In this document: in pieces, positions 27,275 to 37,760 of the stretch | Numbering within the stretch: position 1 is the stretch's first letter | How the letters are laid out: every line of letters begins with the position of its first letter | NCBI GenBank assembly: GCA_963663385.2 | Contig: CAXXXD010000001.1 | Coordinates: 416,001 to 480,000 of the forward strand | From: Oceanispirochaeta sp. | GTDB taxonomy: Bacteria; Spirochaetota; Spirochaetia; DSM-2461 | Direction of reading: 5' to 3' | DNA: 64,000 bases | The notes under the pieces: generated by a model | The model's database searches: none | Told to the model about the DNA's origin: nothing | What the model saw: the letters and a program-made list of their open reading frames with translations, nothing else | Program-made: the position numbers and the translations under genes

Positions 27275-28636
27275 ATGAGCGAATACGATTACAGTATTTT
27301 CTGGGAAGAAACAATTAAACAACTCAGGGAGGAAAATGAAATTTCCGACCAGGAATTTAATATGTATTTTCAGAAAATCCATTATGTAGAATCTTCGCAG
27401 GATACAATAGCTCTGAGTCTGCCTTCCCTTTTTATCCAATCCCAGATAAAACAAAGATACATTAGTACACTGGAAAGCAAACTCCTGGAACTTTCCGGAA
27501 TGGAACTTTCCCTTGATTTTATTATAGAAAACAAACTCATAGAGAGCGAAAAGTCATCTCAGCAGAAAGTTGAAAAATCAGCTTCTTCTGAAGAGTCACC
27601 TATTCAACCTCATCCTCAGTTAAGGAATGATTACAGCTTTAAGACATTTGTCGTTGGAAATAATAACTCCTTTGCTGCTAATGCATCCAAGGCAATAGCA
27701 GAAAATCCCGGGTCAAAATATAATCCTTGCCTTATTTATGGTGGTGTAGGCCTCGGTAAAACACACCTTATGCAGTCAATTGGAAATTATATCCATTATA
27801 ACAACCCTGATATGAAAGTTGTTTATATTCCAGCCGAAACATTTATTAATGATTTTATTGAGTCTATTAATACAAAGAAGCAAACAAGCTTCAAAAATAA
27901 ATATAGAAATGTAGATGTTCTTTTAATAGATGATATTCATGATCTACAGGATAAAAAAGGTACTCAGGAAGAACTGTTTCATACTTTTAATGCACTTTAT
28001 GATGCCAACAAACAGATGGTTTTTACCTGTGACCGGCCTCCTTCAGAGCTTAAAAACTTTGCAGACCGTCTTAAAAACCGTTTTGTCAGGGGCTTAAATG
28101 TAGATCTTCATCCACCAAACTATGAAACAAGATATGCTATTCTCAGAAAAAAACTGGAAGATAAAAATGTTGTTATCTCTGATAATATCCTTGAACTGAT
28201 CAGCCAGAATATAAAAACCAACATAAGAGACCTGGAAGCTGCTCTGACCAGTATCGTAGCTTATGCAGAGCTTGTTCAAAAAGAGATAACTCCCGAAATA
28301 GCAAAACAGCAACTAAAGCAGTTTTTCTCTTCTCCCATTCAATCAAATATAACAATTGATAAAATTCAGAAACTTGTTTCCGAGTATTTTAATGTGACTC
28401 TCAGTGATATGAAAGGAAAAAAAAGAACCAAGCAGATTACATTTCCAAGACAGATCGCCATGTATATCATCCGTGAGATCACAGATTACTCAACTACCGA
28501 GATTGGTTTGGAATTTGGAGGAAGAGACCACACAACTGTAATGCACTCCTGCCAGAGAATAGAAGACAGGATGAAAACCGATTCAACCATAGAACCAACC
28601 ATTCAGGAGTTGATTCGTTCTATTAAAGAAACCTGA
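27275..28636 (+). CDS. dnaA: Chromosomal replication initiator DnaA
   Basis: YGGVGLGKTHL, LLIDDI, GGRDHTTVMHS. Confidence 0.99.
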   Translation: MSEYDYSIFWEETIKQLREENEISDQEFNMYFQKIHYVESSQDTIALSLPSLFIQSQIKQRYISTLESKLLELSGMELSLDFIIENKLIESEKSSQQKVEKSASSEESPIQPHPQLRNDYSFKTFVVGNNNSFAANASKAIAENPGSKYNPCLIYGGVGLGKTHLMQSIGNYIHYNNPDMKVVYIPAETFINDFIESINTKKQTSFKNKYRNVDVLLIDDIHDLQDKKGTQEELFHTFNALYDANKQMVFTCDRPPSELKNFADRLKNRFVRGLNVDLHPPNYETRYAILRKKLEDKNVVISDNILELISQNIKTNIRDLEAALTSIVAYAELVQKEITPEIAKQQLKQFFSSPIQSNITIDKIQKLVSEYFNVTLSDMKGKKRTKQITFPRQIAMYIIREITDYSTTEIGLEFGGRDHTTVMHSCQRIEDRMKTDSTIEPTIQELIRSIKET

Positions 28637-28970
28637 ATAAACTGTGAATAAATCTGGGAAAAGCTTTAACAAGTTCCTATTTATCCACTGATTTCATTAT
28701 TAATTTTTTATAGTTGTTAGCATTGTGGAAAAAATGTTTTATTTATCATCAGGATATTAACACTGATAATTATATATTATAAAAAGAGTTGTTTCGTTTT
28801 TCCACATATTAGACCTCTCTATTATTACTATTACTTATTAATTTATAAAAATAGATGTAGTAGAGAATCTTTTATTTTACTGTAAAACTTCATTACAGTA
28901 AAAAATTGGACTGTACAACTCGGGATTTATTTTTTATTATTTTAGAGATACATAATCACAGGGGATATTT
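28637..28970. other. oriC: oriC unwinding part: DnaA boxes, DnaA-trios and AT-rich DUE
   Basis: Boxes at 28643 (TGTGAATAA), 28681 (TTATCCACT), 28724 (TGTGGAAAA) and 28798 (TTTTCCACA); trio tract CTATTATTACTATTACT at 28819-28835. Confidence 0.88.
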
Positions 28971-30077
28971 ATGAGATTTATCTGCGATAAGAGCGTTATT
29001 GTAAAGGAAATATCAATAGCTCAAGAGATCATTTCATCCAGAAATGCTCTTTCAATTCTTTCCAATGTTTTACTGGAAGCAGAAAATGATGCTTTAATTA
29101 TCAAAGCAACAGATCTAAAGGTAGGCTTTGAAACAAGAATTCCTGCTGTAGTTGAAATTTCAGGTAGTACAACAGTATTCTGTGACAAATTTCTCGGTAT
29201 TTTACGATCTTTGCCCGATGGAGAAATAACTTTTGAACAAAATGAAAGTGAAAGGCTTTCCATTAAACCAATTGATAAAAAAATAGTTTTTGAACTGAAT
29301 TGTATATCTTCTGAAAAATTTCCGGAACTTCAGAATATCGGAGATGACAGTTATTTTGAGATTTCCCAGAGTATTTTCAATAATATGATATCTCAAACAA
29401 TATTTTCCATTTCTGTTGATGAAGCCCGTTACTTCATGAATGGTGTATACATGGAGAAAAATGAATCATCTCTTCTTATGGTTGCAACTGATGGAAGAAG
29501 ATTATCCTATATAGGTGTAAAACCGGAAACAGAAATCCAGGACTTCAACGGAATCATAATTCCTCCCAAGATTCTGAATCTGATAAAAAAACTATCATCT
29601 GGAGAGGGTAACCTTTCCCTGGCAGTAACAGAAAAGACCATTTTTGTTAAATTTGATAATCAGAAAATTTCATCTACACTTATTGAGGGTCAGTTTCCCA
29701 ATTTTAACAGAGTCATTCCCGAATCTCAGGATTTTAATGTTGTTGTAGCAAAAAATGCCATATCAGAAGCTCTTAAACGTGTTTCTCTTCTTGCTGAACA
29801 GAAATCCAAGCGAATTTTTCTTACATTCAGCGATGGTAATCTGAATCTGAAATCAGAAGAAAGTGAAATAGGTATGGCTGATGAGGATATCCCCTGTGAT
29901 TATGCAGGCGATGAAGTGCGTCTGGCAGTTAATTATGTTTATTTGATGGATCCGCTTAAAGTCATAAAAGAGGATAATCTTCTCCTTCAATTTACTGAGT
30001 CCAATAGAGCAGTAACTATGAAATGTGAACCCGAAGGAGATTATTTTCATATTATTATGCCAATGCAGATGGACTGA
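28971..30077 (+). CDS. dnaN: DNA polymerase III beta clamp
   Basis: ATDL, VATDGRRL, LIEGQFPN, IIMPM. Confidence 0.98.
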   Translation: MRFICDKSVIVKEISIAQEIISSRNALSILSNVLLEAENDALIIKATDLKVGFETRIPAVVEISGSTTVFCDKFLGILRSLPDGEITFEQNESERLSIKPIDKKIVFELNCISSEKFPELQNIGDDSYFEISQSIFNNMISQTIFSISVDEARYFMNGVYMEKNESSLLMVATDGRRLSYIGVKPETEIQDFNGIIIPPKILNLIKKLSSGEGNLSLAVTEKTIFVKFDNQKISSTLIEGQFPNFNRVIPESQDFNVVVAKNAISEALKRVSLLAEQKSKRIFLTFSDGNLNLKSEESEIGMADEDIPCDYAGDEVRLAVNYVYLMDPLKVIKEDNLLLQFTESNRAVTMKCEPEGDYFHIIMPMQMD

Positions 30078-30082
30078 TTCAT

Positions 30083-31159
30083 TTGGGATTTCATTCTGTA
30101 AGCTTTAAGTCTTTCAGGAATCTAAAAGAACAGAAATTAGATCTTTCCAGAAAAAATATTTTCCTTATTGGTCAAAATGGGCAGGGAAAAACAAATTTTC
30201 TGGAATTGATCTACTATCTATGCTATGCAGCCTCTTTCAGAACTAAAAACGAGAAAGTATTAATTCAAACAGGCGAAGATTATTTTTCTCTATCCGCTGA
30301 ATTCCTTCATTCTGCAGATGATTTTTCAAATAATATTAAACTATATCAGGATAGTACTCAGAAAAGAATTCAGCTTAATGGTAAAACTGTTAGAGACAGG
30401 AAAGATATAATTAGTAATTTTCCCTGTGTTGTTTTTTGCCATAACGATCTCTATTTTGTTAATGGTAGTCCTGATAAAAAAAGAATTTTCATGGATCAGT
30501 GCGTTAGCTTGAATGATCCCATGTTTATAAGTTACTTAAGAAACTATAAAAAAGTCCTGAGAGAAAGAAACCTTATACTGAAAGAAAAGAAAAAGGAACT
30601 TCTTGAAGTATATACATATCAACTGATAGAAACGGGTTTTCCGATATTGAATAGGAGAAAAGAGTTAATTCATTTCTTAAATGAGAGGTTTAACATCCTT
30701 TTCAGGGAAATTACAGGAGTAGATGAATCTCTGACAATTGTTCTTAACAGCTCCTGGAAAGGGAATGATAAAAAAGAAATTCTAAATTCCATGCTTCAGA
30801 GGGAAACTAAAGAACTGCATTATGGCTTAACTCTGTCAGGGCCTCACAGGGATTCCTTCAGTATTATGCTGGATTCCCAGGATTATTTGAATTTTGCTTC
30901 TACAGGGCAACTTCGTATTATCTCTTTAATTTTACGAATTCTTCAATCTGAGTTCTATCAGATTTCTACAGGAAGACTACCGATTTTACTGGTAGATGAC
31001 GTACTTCTGGAACTGGATAGTGAGAAGAGAGATAGAATGATGCAGCATTTTCCGCTGTATGAGCAGATATTTTATACATTTCTACCTGGATATTTGACCG
31101 ATAAATCGGAAGATTCTATCTGCTATAATGTAAATAACGGATTTATAAAGGCATATTGA
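30083..31159 (+). CDS. recF: DNA replication/repair protein RecF
   Basis: FRNL, GQNGQGKTN, GPHRD, STGQ, LLVDDVLLELD. Confidence 0.95.
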   Translation: MGFHSVSFKSFRNLKEQKLDLSRKNIFLIGQNGQGKTNFLELIYYLCYAASFRTKNEKVLIQTGEDYFSLSAEFLHSADDFSNNIKLYQDSTQKRIQLNGKTVRDRKDIISNFPCVVFCHNDLYFVNGSPDKKRIFMDQCVSLNDPMFISYLRNYKKVLRERNLILKEKKKELLEVYTYQLIETGFPILNRRKELIHFLNERFNILFREITGVDESLTIVLNSSWKGNDKKEILNSMLQRETKELHYGLTLSGPHRDSFSIMLDSQDYLNFASTGQLRIISLILRILQSEFYQISTGRLPILLVDDVLLELDSEKRDRMMQHFPLYEQIFYTFLPGYLTDKSEDSICYNVNNGFIKAY

Positions 31160-31160
31160 T

Positions 31161-31610
31161 ATGGAAAAAGCGGAAAATATTATATCAGAACTCTTTAATA
31201 TAAAAGATAGTGAGAAAAATTCCTTTTATTATCCTGTTTTTAAAAACTGGAAATTTATAATCCCGGATAGCAGGTTATCAGATCATTGCAGGATAGAAGA
31301 TATCAACGGGCACCAATTGATTGTTTCATTTGATCATCAGGGCTGGATTCAGGTTTTTAAAATGCATCAGAAGCAAATTATCAATAATATTAATAAATAT
31401 TTAAAAAATGAAAATATAACATCGGTTAGAATGATTATTCGTAGTGAAAAGGATAAATACCTTACTCGAAGAATAAATTCCGGATTACAATTGAAGCGGA
31501 CTGAAGATAATAGTAAAAAAGAAAACTATTCTGGAAATATTGATAGTATCCAGGATGAAGAACTTAAAAAACATCTGGAAAATTTAAAGAAAAAACTTCA
31601 GGGAAAATAA
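31161..31610 (+). CDS. dciA: DciA/DUF721 helicase-loading factor
   Basis: Follows recF; W..II...LSDHC..LIVSFDHQGWIQ pattern. Confidence 0.75.
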   Translation: MEKAENIISELFNIKDSEKNSFYYPVFKNWKFIIPDSRLSDHCRIEDINGHQLIVSFDHQGWIQVFKMHQKQIINNINKYLKNENITSVRMIIRSEKDKYLTRRINSGLQLKRTEDNSKKENYSGNIDSIQDEELKKHLENLKKKLQGK

Positions 31611-31617
31611 TTGAGAG

Positions 31618-31646
31618 TTGACATAGTTTAAGCTTCTACGTATATT
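31618..31646 (+). promoter_or_regulatory. Sigma-70 promoter of the rpmH operon
   Basis: TTGACA-17-TATATT. Confidence 0.8.
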
Positions 31647-31687
31647 ATGCACACTAAAAGAAATGACTACATTTAGGAGTTAAATAT

Positions 31688-31843
31688 ATGAAAAGGACTT
31701 ATCAGCCCAGTAAAACCAAAAGGAATAGAAAATTCGGCTTTAGAGCAAGAATGAAAACTAAAGCAGGTAGAGCTGTTCTGGCCAGAAGAAGAAGAAGAGG
31801 CAGAAAGAAATTATCTATTACAGATGAAAAAAAGCCTTACTAA
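31688..31843 (+). CDS. rpmH: 50S ribosomal protein L34 (51 aa, absent from the ORF track)
   Basis: [58 protein letters not shown]. Confidence 0.98.
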   Translation: MKRTYQPSKTKRNRKFGFRARMKTKAGRAVLARRRRRGRKKLSITDEKKPY

Positions 31844-32162
31844 GAAAGAAATTCTAAGAAAGAAATCTGATCTTAAAAGAATCTTTGCTTCCGGATCTAA
31901 CTGTAAATGTCGGGGAGCAAAGATTTTATTTTTGCAAAATTCTTTTCCCTACAATCGATTTGCCGTTACATTGGTTAGAAAATACGGAAATTCTGTAGAA
32001 AGAAACTACTCTAAAAGAGTATTAAGAGAGGTATTCCGGAATGAAAAAAATAATATCAAAGGATGTTTTGATATTGTAATTGTACTTTATCCGGGAGACT
32101 ATTCGTTTCAAGAGAGATATGATCAGTTCAAAGTGCTGATTAAAAGAGCGAATCTTGTTTAA
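31824..32162 (+). CDS. rnpA: Ribonuclease P protein component
   Basis: [18 protein letters not shown]; overlaps rpmH by 20 nt. Confidence 0.93.
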   Translation: MKKSLTKKEILRKKSDLKRIFASGSNCKCRGAKILFLQNSFPYNRFAVTLVRKYGNSVERNYSKRVLREVFRNEKNNIKGCFDIVIVLYPGDYSFQERYDQFKVLIKRANLV

Positions 32163-32388
32163 ATTCTTAAATTGGATTATAAATAATTTCTTAATAACAC
32201 TTATTTTTTTTTATAAAAAGATTATATCGCCCTGGTTGCCCAGGTCTTGCAGGTTTTATCCAACCTGTTCGTCCTATACGTTGGAAGCATTAAAGAAATA
32301 CGGCCCCTGGAAGGGTAGTTTTCTATCGCTTAAACGAATTTTGCGATGCCATCCTGGAAATCCTGGAGGATATGATCCTTTACCATGA
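32155..32388 (+). CDS. yidD: Membrane protein insertion efficiency factor YidD
   Basis: [20 protein letters not shown]. Confidence 0.95.
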   Translation: MFKFLNWIINNFLITLIFFYKKIISPWLPRSCRFYPTCSSYTLEALKKYGPWKGSFLSLKRILRCHPGNPGGYDPLP

Positions 32389-32406
32389 TATTTTTTGGGA
32401 GTTGAA

Positions 32407-34158
32407 ATGGATAAAAATACATTTCTGGCTATTCTTTTATCAGTTGTAGTAATATCGGGCGGTTTTTTTATACAAACTAAATTTTTTATGCCTGAAGAAA
32501 CTTTTGCTCCTTCTTCTGAAGAACAGAAGGTAGTAGTAGAAGAAAGTACTGAAACAACCGAACAAACTTTTGTCGAAACAAGTAAACCTTCACAAAAAAC
32601 AGAGACCTTGCTGGAAGGGATTGATAATTCAAACTACATATCAGAAATTATTGAGGTTGAGACAGATAAATTTTTGATTGAATTCAATACTGATGGAGCT
32701 GTCATCACTTCCATAAAGCTGAAAGAGCATATGGAAGGAGATCATGAAGTTGATATGATCCTTGCTAAGGATAGCGGATTGGGTTCTTTCGGATTATCAT
32801 TCGGCGAAAATTATGATTCCTGTCTTAACGATACATATCAGTTTGTAGCTGATGAAAAAAAACAGACATATAGTTTTATCAGGGACTATCAGATTAAAGA
32901 ATCGGATGGAAGTATCAGTAAACCTTTCAGGGTTGAAAAGAAGTTTGTCTTTTTTCCTGATGAGTATATGTTTGAAATTCGTGTAAACATAAGTAATTCA
33001 GTAAATGACTATATTCCCCTGGATATTGATAATCAGGCTTATACTCTCTCCATAGGTCCTCAAATTGGTCCGGATTTTTTAAAACTTGACGGTCGTAATG
33101 AGTACAGAAAATACTACTCCCTTTCAGGTGATAAACGTATAAACAATAAGCTTAAAAATAATTATGCCGAAACAGGTGATCAGATAAAATGGGGTGCTAT
33201 TGTTGGTAAATATTTTACAGTAATAGGAATCCCCGGTTCCGGCGTAGCTAAGACAGTCTGGTCAGATGCACCTGTGGATGGAGTTGATATTGCATCCAGA
33301 ATGTTCTTTGTGAGATCTGCTATCCGTAATTCCCGGAATGAAGATGTTTACCGCTTTTACATAGGACCTAAAAATAACAGAAATTTATCTTCCTATAATA
33401 TTTCAATGGATAATCCATTCGGATTTTCCGATATGTATATGGATAAAGCAATTGATTCCAGTTCCTGGTTGGGATGGTTGGAATTTATTCTGAAATTTTT
33501 TCTTGAAACATTCTACAAACTGATACCGAATTATGGTGTCGCTATTATCCTTTTGACCATTTTGATTAAAGTTGTATTTTTTCCTATTACTCATAAGAGT
33601 TATGAATCAACAGGCAAAATGCAGAGTATTCAGCCTAAAATCAAAGAACTTCAGGATAAATATAAAAATGATCCTAACAAGTTAAACAAGGAAATGGCAG
33701 ATCTTTATAAAAAAGAAGGGGTTAACCCCATGGGAGGTTGTCTTCCCATGCTGATTCAGATGCCTATTTTCTTTGCGTTGTACGGTTTGTTGAATAAGTA
33801 TTTTGATCTTAGAGGAGCTGTATTTATAGACGGATGGATTATGGATCTTTCAGCTCCTGAGTCTATATGGAATTTTGGGAATTTTACTCTGCCTATTCTG
33901 GGATGGAATGATCTTAGATTACTTCCCATCCTTTATCTGGGAACACAGCTTATAATGAGTAAATTTACCCAGGCACCTTCAGGTGGTGGGCAGAATGCCA
34001 TGCAGACAAAAATGCTTACTCTCGGTATGCCTATTATGTTCTTTTTTATTCTGTACGATATGCCCTCGGGATTGCTGTTATACTGGACGGTTACAAATAT
34101 TCTGACCGCAGCACAGCAAGCGTTTATCAGTAGCAGAAAGAAGAAAATGGCTGCATAA
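32407..34158 (+). CDS. yidC: Membrane protein insertase YidC
   Basis: GVNPMGGCLPMLIQMPIFF, PSGLLLYW; start taken at the ATG after GGGAG. Confidence 0.96.
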   Translation: MDKNTFLAILLSVVVISGGFFIQTKFFMPEETFAPSSEEQKVVVEESTETTEQTFVETSKPSQKTETLLEGIDNSNYISEIIEVETDKFLIEFNTDGAVITSIKLKEHMEGDHEVDMILAKDSGLGSFGLSFGENYDSCLNDTYQFVADEKKQTYSFIRDYQIKESDGSISKPFRVEKKFVFFPDEYMFEIRVNISNSVNDYIPLDIDNQAYTLSIGPQIGPDFLKLDGRNEYRKYYSLSGDKRINNKLKNNYAETGDQIKWGAIVGKYFTVIGIPGSGVAKTVWSDAPVDGVDIASRMFFVRSAIRNSRNEDVYRFYIGPKNNRNLSSYNISMDNPFGFSDMYMDKAIDSSSWLGWLEFILKFFLETFYKLIPNYGVAIILLTILIKVVFFPITHKSYESTGKMQSIQPKIKELQDKYKNDPNKLNKEMADLYKKEGVNPMGGCLPMLIQMPIFFALYGLLNKYFDLRGAVFIDGWIMDLSAPESIWNFGNFTLPILGWNDLRLLPILYLGTQLIMSKFTQAPSGGGQNAMQTKMLTLGMPIMFFFILYDMPSGLLLYWTVTNILTAAQQAFISSRKKKMAA

Positions 34159-34206
34159 ACCTGGAGTAAGCTCCTGAATTGTAATTTCGTTAACCAGGAG
34201 ATATAT

Positions 34207-34884
34207 ATGGTAAAAGAATATGAGGGAAAGACTGAAAGGGAGGCTATTGAAAAAGCAGCGGCTGATCTTGGATTGAAGCAGGATCAGTTTGATGTTGAAA
34301 TAGTTGAATCTGAACAGCATGGTTTCTTTTTTAAAAGAGGCTCAGTGAAAATTCGGGTTTACCTTGAGGATGGAAATGAACTAAAATCATCCATTAAAAA
34401 AGTCATTGAACCCGCTGGTGATATTGAAGGTAAATTAGTCAGTTTTCTTGAAAAATTGATTGAGTACATGGGATATCCCGGAGATGTTAGTATCAGTTTC
34501 AGAGAGGGTGAAAAACTGGGTTTGGATATCAAATCTTCCCATTCAGCCATTCTGATTGGAAAGAAAGGAAAAAACCTTGATGCCCTTCAGATGTTAGTGA
34601 ATGTTTACGCCAGTAAAATTGGAGGTAACGATTATAACGGAAAAATTATTATCGATACTGAGAATTACAGGCAGCGTAGAGAGGAAAATCTGATTCGGCT
34701 GGCTAATAAAACAGCTGAACAGGTATGTAAAACCAAATCTTCAAAACTTCTTGAACCAATGAATCCCTTCGAAAGGAGGCTTATTCATATGGCATTAAAT
34801 GATATGGATGAAGTTATCACAAAAAGTGAAGGTGACGGACTGTATAAGCAGGTACGAATCATCTATAAGGGAAGTAATTCCTGA
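34207..34884 (+). CDS. jag: RNA-binding protein Jag/KhpB (KH and R3H)
   Basis: LIGKKGKNLDALQ, PMNPFERRLIH. Confidence 0.95.
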   Translation: MVKEYEGKTEREAIEKAAADLGLKQDQFDVEIVESEQHGFFFKRGSVKIRVYLEDGNELKSSIKKVIEPAGDIEGKLVSFLEKLIEYMGYPGDVSISFREGEKLGLDIKSSHSAILIGKKGKNLDALQMLVNVYASKIGGNDYNGKIIIDTENYRQRREENLIRLANKTAEQVCKTKSSKLLEPMNPFERRLIHMALNDMDEVITKSEGDGLYKQVRIIYKGSNS

Positions 34885-34892
34885 TAGGGTAT

Positions 34893-34923
34893 AAAAAAGG
34901 CTGTCATTAGACAGCCTTTTTTT
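34893..34923. terminator. Bidirectional terminator
   Basis: AAAAAAGGCTGTC-atta-GACAGCCTTTTTT. Confidence 0.9.
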
Positions 34924-36220
34924 AATACTTATTTATCAGTACACTTTTTAGATCCTCAAGTGTATTGCCAATCACCTCAGAAACTTTTTCCTTATCCTTA
35001 ACATCCAATAAAGACTGTGGAAGGACAGGTTCATGGCCTACAGCCTTATGAAAGACTTCCTTGAACTTACCTGGATGTGCCGTTGAAAGAACTGTTACAT
35101 GGTCATTTTTATGCGTTTCCGCATAGATTTCTGCTGCCTTGATACCTACAGCAGTATGAGGACAAATTTCATAATTATAGGAATTGTTTATACGGCGTAT
35201 TGTCTCAAGTGTAGCTTCATCATCGATGCACTGTCCTTCAATCTCTTTTCGGAGCTTATTAAAATCATTATTATAAAGATTCTGCATCCGTTCAAAATTA
35301 CTGGGAGCTCCCACATCCATTGCATTGGAGTAGGTATGAATGGAAGGACGGGGCGCATAATTTCCTGATTTTAAATACTCGGGAATAACATCATTTCTGT
35401 TGGTTGATGCGATAAACCTCTTAACTGGGAGACCCCAGTGTTTGGCATATAAACCGGCTGTCAGATTTCCGAAATTTCCACTGGGTACACAGAAAACATT
35501 ATTCTCTGCAGGAAAATCCATTCTACTGACCGCCCAGATATAATATAGTGACTGAGGTATCAGTCTGCCGAGATTAATGGAATTAGCCGAAGTAAGGTTT
35601 ATATACTTCATTTCTGAATCCCTGAATGCCTCTTTTACCATCTTCTGACAATCATCAAAGGATCCTTCAACTTCAAGGGCCTGTATATTTTTTCCCAGTG
35701 TAGTCATCTGCTTTTCCTGCAGGGGGCTTATACGCCCTTTAGGGTACAGGATTATCACATCAATATTCTTCTTATCATAGAATGCTTTAGCAACGGCACT
35801 GCCGGTATCGCCTGAAGTAGCGGTTAAAATAACAGCTTTTTTATCATTGCATTTTAGAAAAAACTCCATGGATGCGGCAAGAAAGGATGCTCCGAAATCT
35901 TTGAAGGCCGAACTGGGTCCATGAAAAAGTTCCAGTATCTGAATCTGATTATTCAGGATTTTTAGGGACGGCTCGAAGGAAAAGGCTCTACTGGCCAGTT
36001 GTATGGCATCGTCTTTTGATATTTCATCTTTTAAAAGATTATATAGTACAGAGGACGCAATATCATTAAAACTGTCGGAAGCTGTAAAACTACTAAATAA
36101 TTCCTTCATATCCGGCATTACGGTTGGATAGAAAAGACCCCCATCCGGAGATAAGCCCTGAAAGAGGGCATCCTTAAAGGTTAATTTAAATTTTGAATCT
36201 CTGGTACTGGCAAATAACAT
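34922..36220 (-). CDS. thrC: Threonine synthase
   Basis: ELFHGPSSAFKD, ATSGDTG, VPSGNFGN, TAHPGKF. Confidence 0.96.
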   Translation of the reverse strand: MLFASTRDSKFKLTFKDALFQGLSPDGGLFYPTVMPDMKELFSSFTASDSFNDIASSVLYNLLKDEISKDDAIQLASRAFSFEPSLKILNNQIQILELFHGPSSAFKDFGASFLAASMEFFLKCNDKKAVILTATSGDTGSAVAKAFYDKKNIDVIILYPKGRISPLQEKQMTTLGKNIQALEVEGSFDDCQKMVKEAFRDSEMKYINLTSANSINLGRLIPQSLYYIWAVSRMDFPAENNVFCVPSGNFGNLTAGLYAKHWGLPVKRFIASTNRNDVIPEYLKSGNYAPRPSIHTYSNAMDVGAPSNFERMQNLYNNDFNKLRKEIEGQCIDDEATLETIRRINNSYNYEICPHTAVGIKAAEIYAETHKNDHVTVLSTAHPGKFKEVFHKAVGHEPVLPQSLLDVKDKEKVSEVIGNTLEDLKSVLINKY

Positions 36221-36231
36221 GATACCTCCGC

Positions 36232-37608
36232 CTATCCTATAAATTTTTTATGAATTTCTTTAAGAGCTAAAGTTTTGTCTTTTTCATGAATTACAAAAGA
36301 AATATTCCTTTCAGAGGAACCCTGGGCAATTGCCAGAATATTAACTTCCGCTTTACCTACTGTGCTGAAAAGGTCTCCCGTCAAACCAATCTGACCAATC
36401 ATTTTTTCACCTATTACAGCAATAATAACCAGATTATCCACAATATCAATATTCTGTATCTTTCTTGATTGAATGGCAGAATCAAGATTCTTCTGAAGTT
36501 TTTCCCTGGCTGATAGGACTTCTTCTGTTCGGCAGAGAATAGAAATACTATGCTCTGATGAAGCTTGAGTTATCATTATTATGTTAACATCAGCTTCGGC
36601 CAGAGAATTGAATATCAAAGAGGCAATACCAGGCATCCCAACCATTCCGCCTCCTTCAATATTGATAAGAGAAACATTATCAATTGAAGCCAAACCGGTG
36701 ATAATTCTGTTTTTTTCACTGCTTTTATCTGTAATAAGAGTCCCTTTGGCGGTGGGATTCATGGTATTTTTTATATAAACAGGAATATTTTTATCAATTG
36801 TCGGTATGAGAGTATAAGGATGAATAACTTCTGCACCAAAATAGGATAGTTCCATGGCTTCCTGAATACTCAACTGGGGTATTACAAAAGCATTCTCAAC
36901 AATCCGGGGGTCAGCTGTGAGAACACCATCAACATCAGTCCATATTTCCACTACCTTTGCATCCAGTGCAGCACCCACAATACTTGCTGTATAATCGCTT
37001 CCGTTTCTTCCGAGTGTGGTAGTTCTGTTATTGGAATCGGAAGCTATAAAACCTGTAATAACGGAGATACTATTCTCATTTAATAGAATTTTTTCTTTTA
37101 TAAGTTTGTAACTGGCAAACAGATCCACGTTTCCCTTGCCAAAATTACTATCTGTTTTAATAACAGTCCGGGCATCAACAAATTGAGAATCCATATCTAT
37201 AAAATTCATATAGGAAGAGAACTGGAAACAGTTCATCCTTTCCCCGAAACTCATTATTATATCTTTTGTTTTAAGGGAACACTCTCTTACAAGTTCCACT
37301 CCGTGAAGGATATCTTTCAACTCACAGAGCATCTGATCCATACCGCTGCTTAAATGCTCCGGTATTTTGGCACCGAATAGCTCTTCAATACAGGTTAGAT
37401 GTGTATCTCTGATAGATATTATGTTATTTCTATAATCAGCATTGCCGGCTTCAGCTTTTTCTGCTGCATCAATCAGCTGATTAGTTATACCTTTCATGGC
37501 TGATAGTACAATACTGACTGGACCTTCTACAGCTGAAATAATTTTTATGGTTTGTTGTATTCTTTCGGAGTCTGCCAGGGAACTTCCGCCGAACTTCATT
37601 ACTATCAT
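36232..37608 (-). CDS. lysC: Aspartate kinase (two ACT domains, no homoserine dehydrogenase)
   Basis: KFGGSS, LGRNGSDYTA, WTDVDG, ADPR. Confidence 0.92.
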   Translation of the reverse strand: MIVMKFGGSSLADSERIQQTIKIISAVEGPVSIVLSAMKGITNQLIDAAEKAEAGNADYRNNIISIRDTHLTCIEELFGAKIPEHLSSGMDQMLCELKDILHGVELVRECSLKTKDIIMSFGERMNCFQFSSYMNFIDMDSQFVDARTVIKTDSNFGKGNVDLFASYKLIKEKILLNENSISVITGFIASDSNNRTTTLGRNGSDYTASIVGAALDAKVVEIWTDVDGVLTADPRIVENAFVIPQLSIQEAMELSYFGAEVIHPYTLIPTIDKNIPVYIKNTMNPTAKGTLITDKSSEKNRIITGLASIDNVSLINIEGGGMVGMPGIASLIFNSLAEADVNIIMITQASSEHSISILCRTEEVLSAREKLQKNLDSAIQSRKIQNIDIVDNLVIIAVIGEKMIGQIGLTGDLFSTVGKAEVNILAIAQGSSERNISFVIHEKDKTLALKEIHKKFIG

Positions 37609-37725
37609 GAGAATAATTTCCTTAACTATTGATTCATAATGTATATCCTTTTTCTATAGAATTTTCCATACCTGAAAAACAGGAAGAAATGATTCTTCAT
37701 ATTTAAAAGGAGTCACATTGTTTTA

Positions 37726-37754
37726 TTGACAGAATAGTGTCCAAACGATAGATT
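37726..37754 (+). promoter_or_regulatory. Sigma-70 promoter of murA, probably leaderless
   Basis: TTGACA-17-TAGATT, 6 nt to ATG at 37761. Confidence 0.7.
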
Positions 37755-37760
37755 TTGATC

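Noticed and set aside
37609..37760. Lysine riboswitch or thr attenuator before aspartokinase
   Set aside because: Only about 150 bp are shared with the murA promoter; no conserved motif or Thr-rich leader is visible
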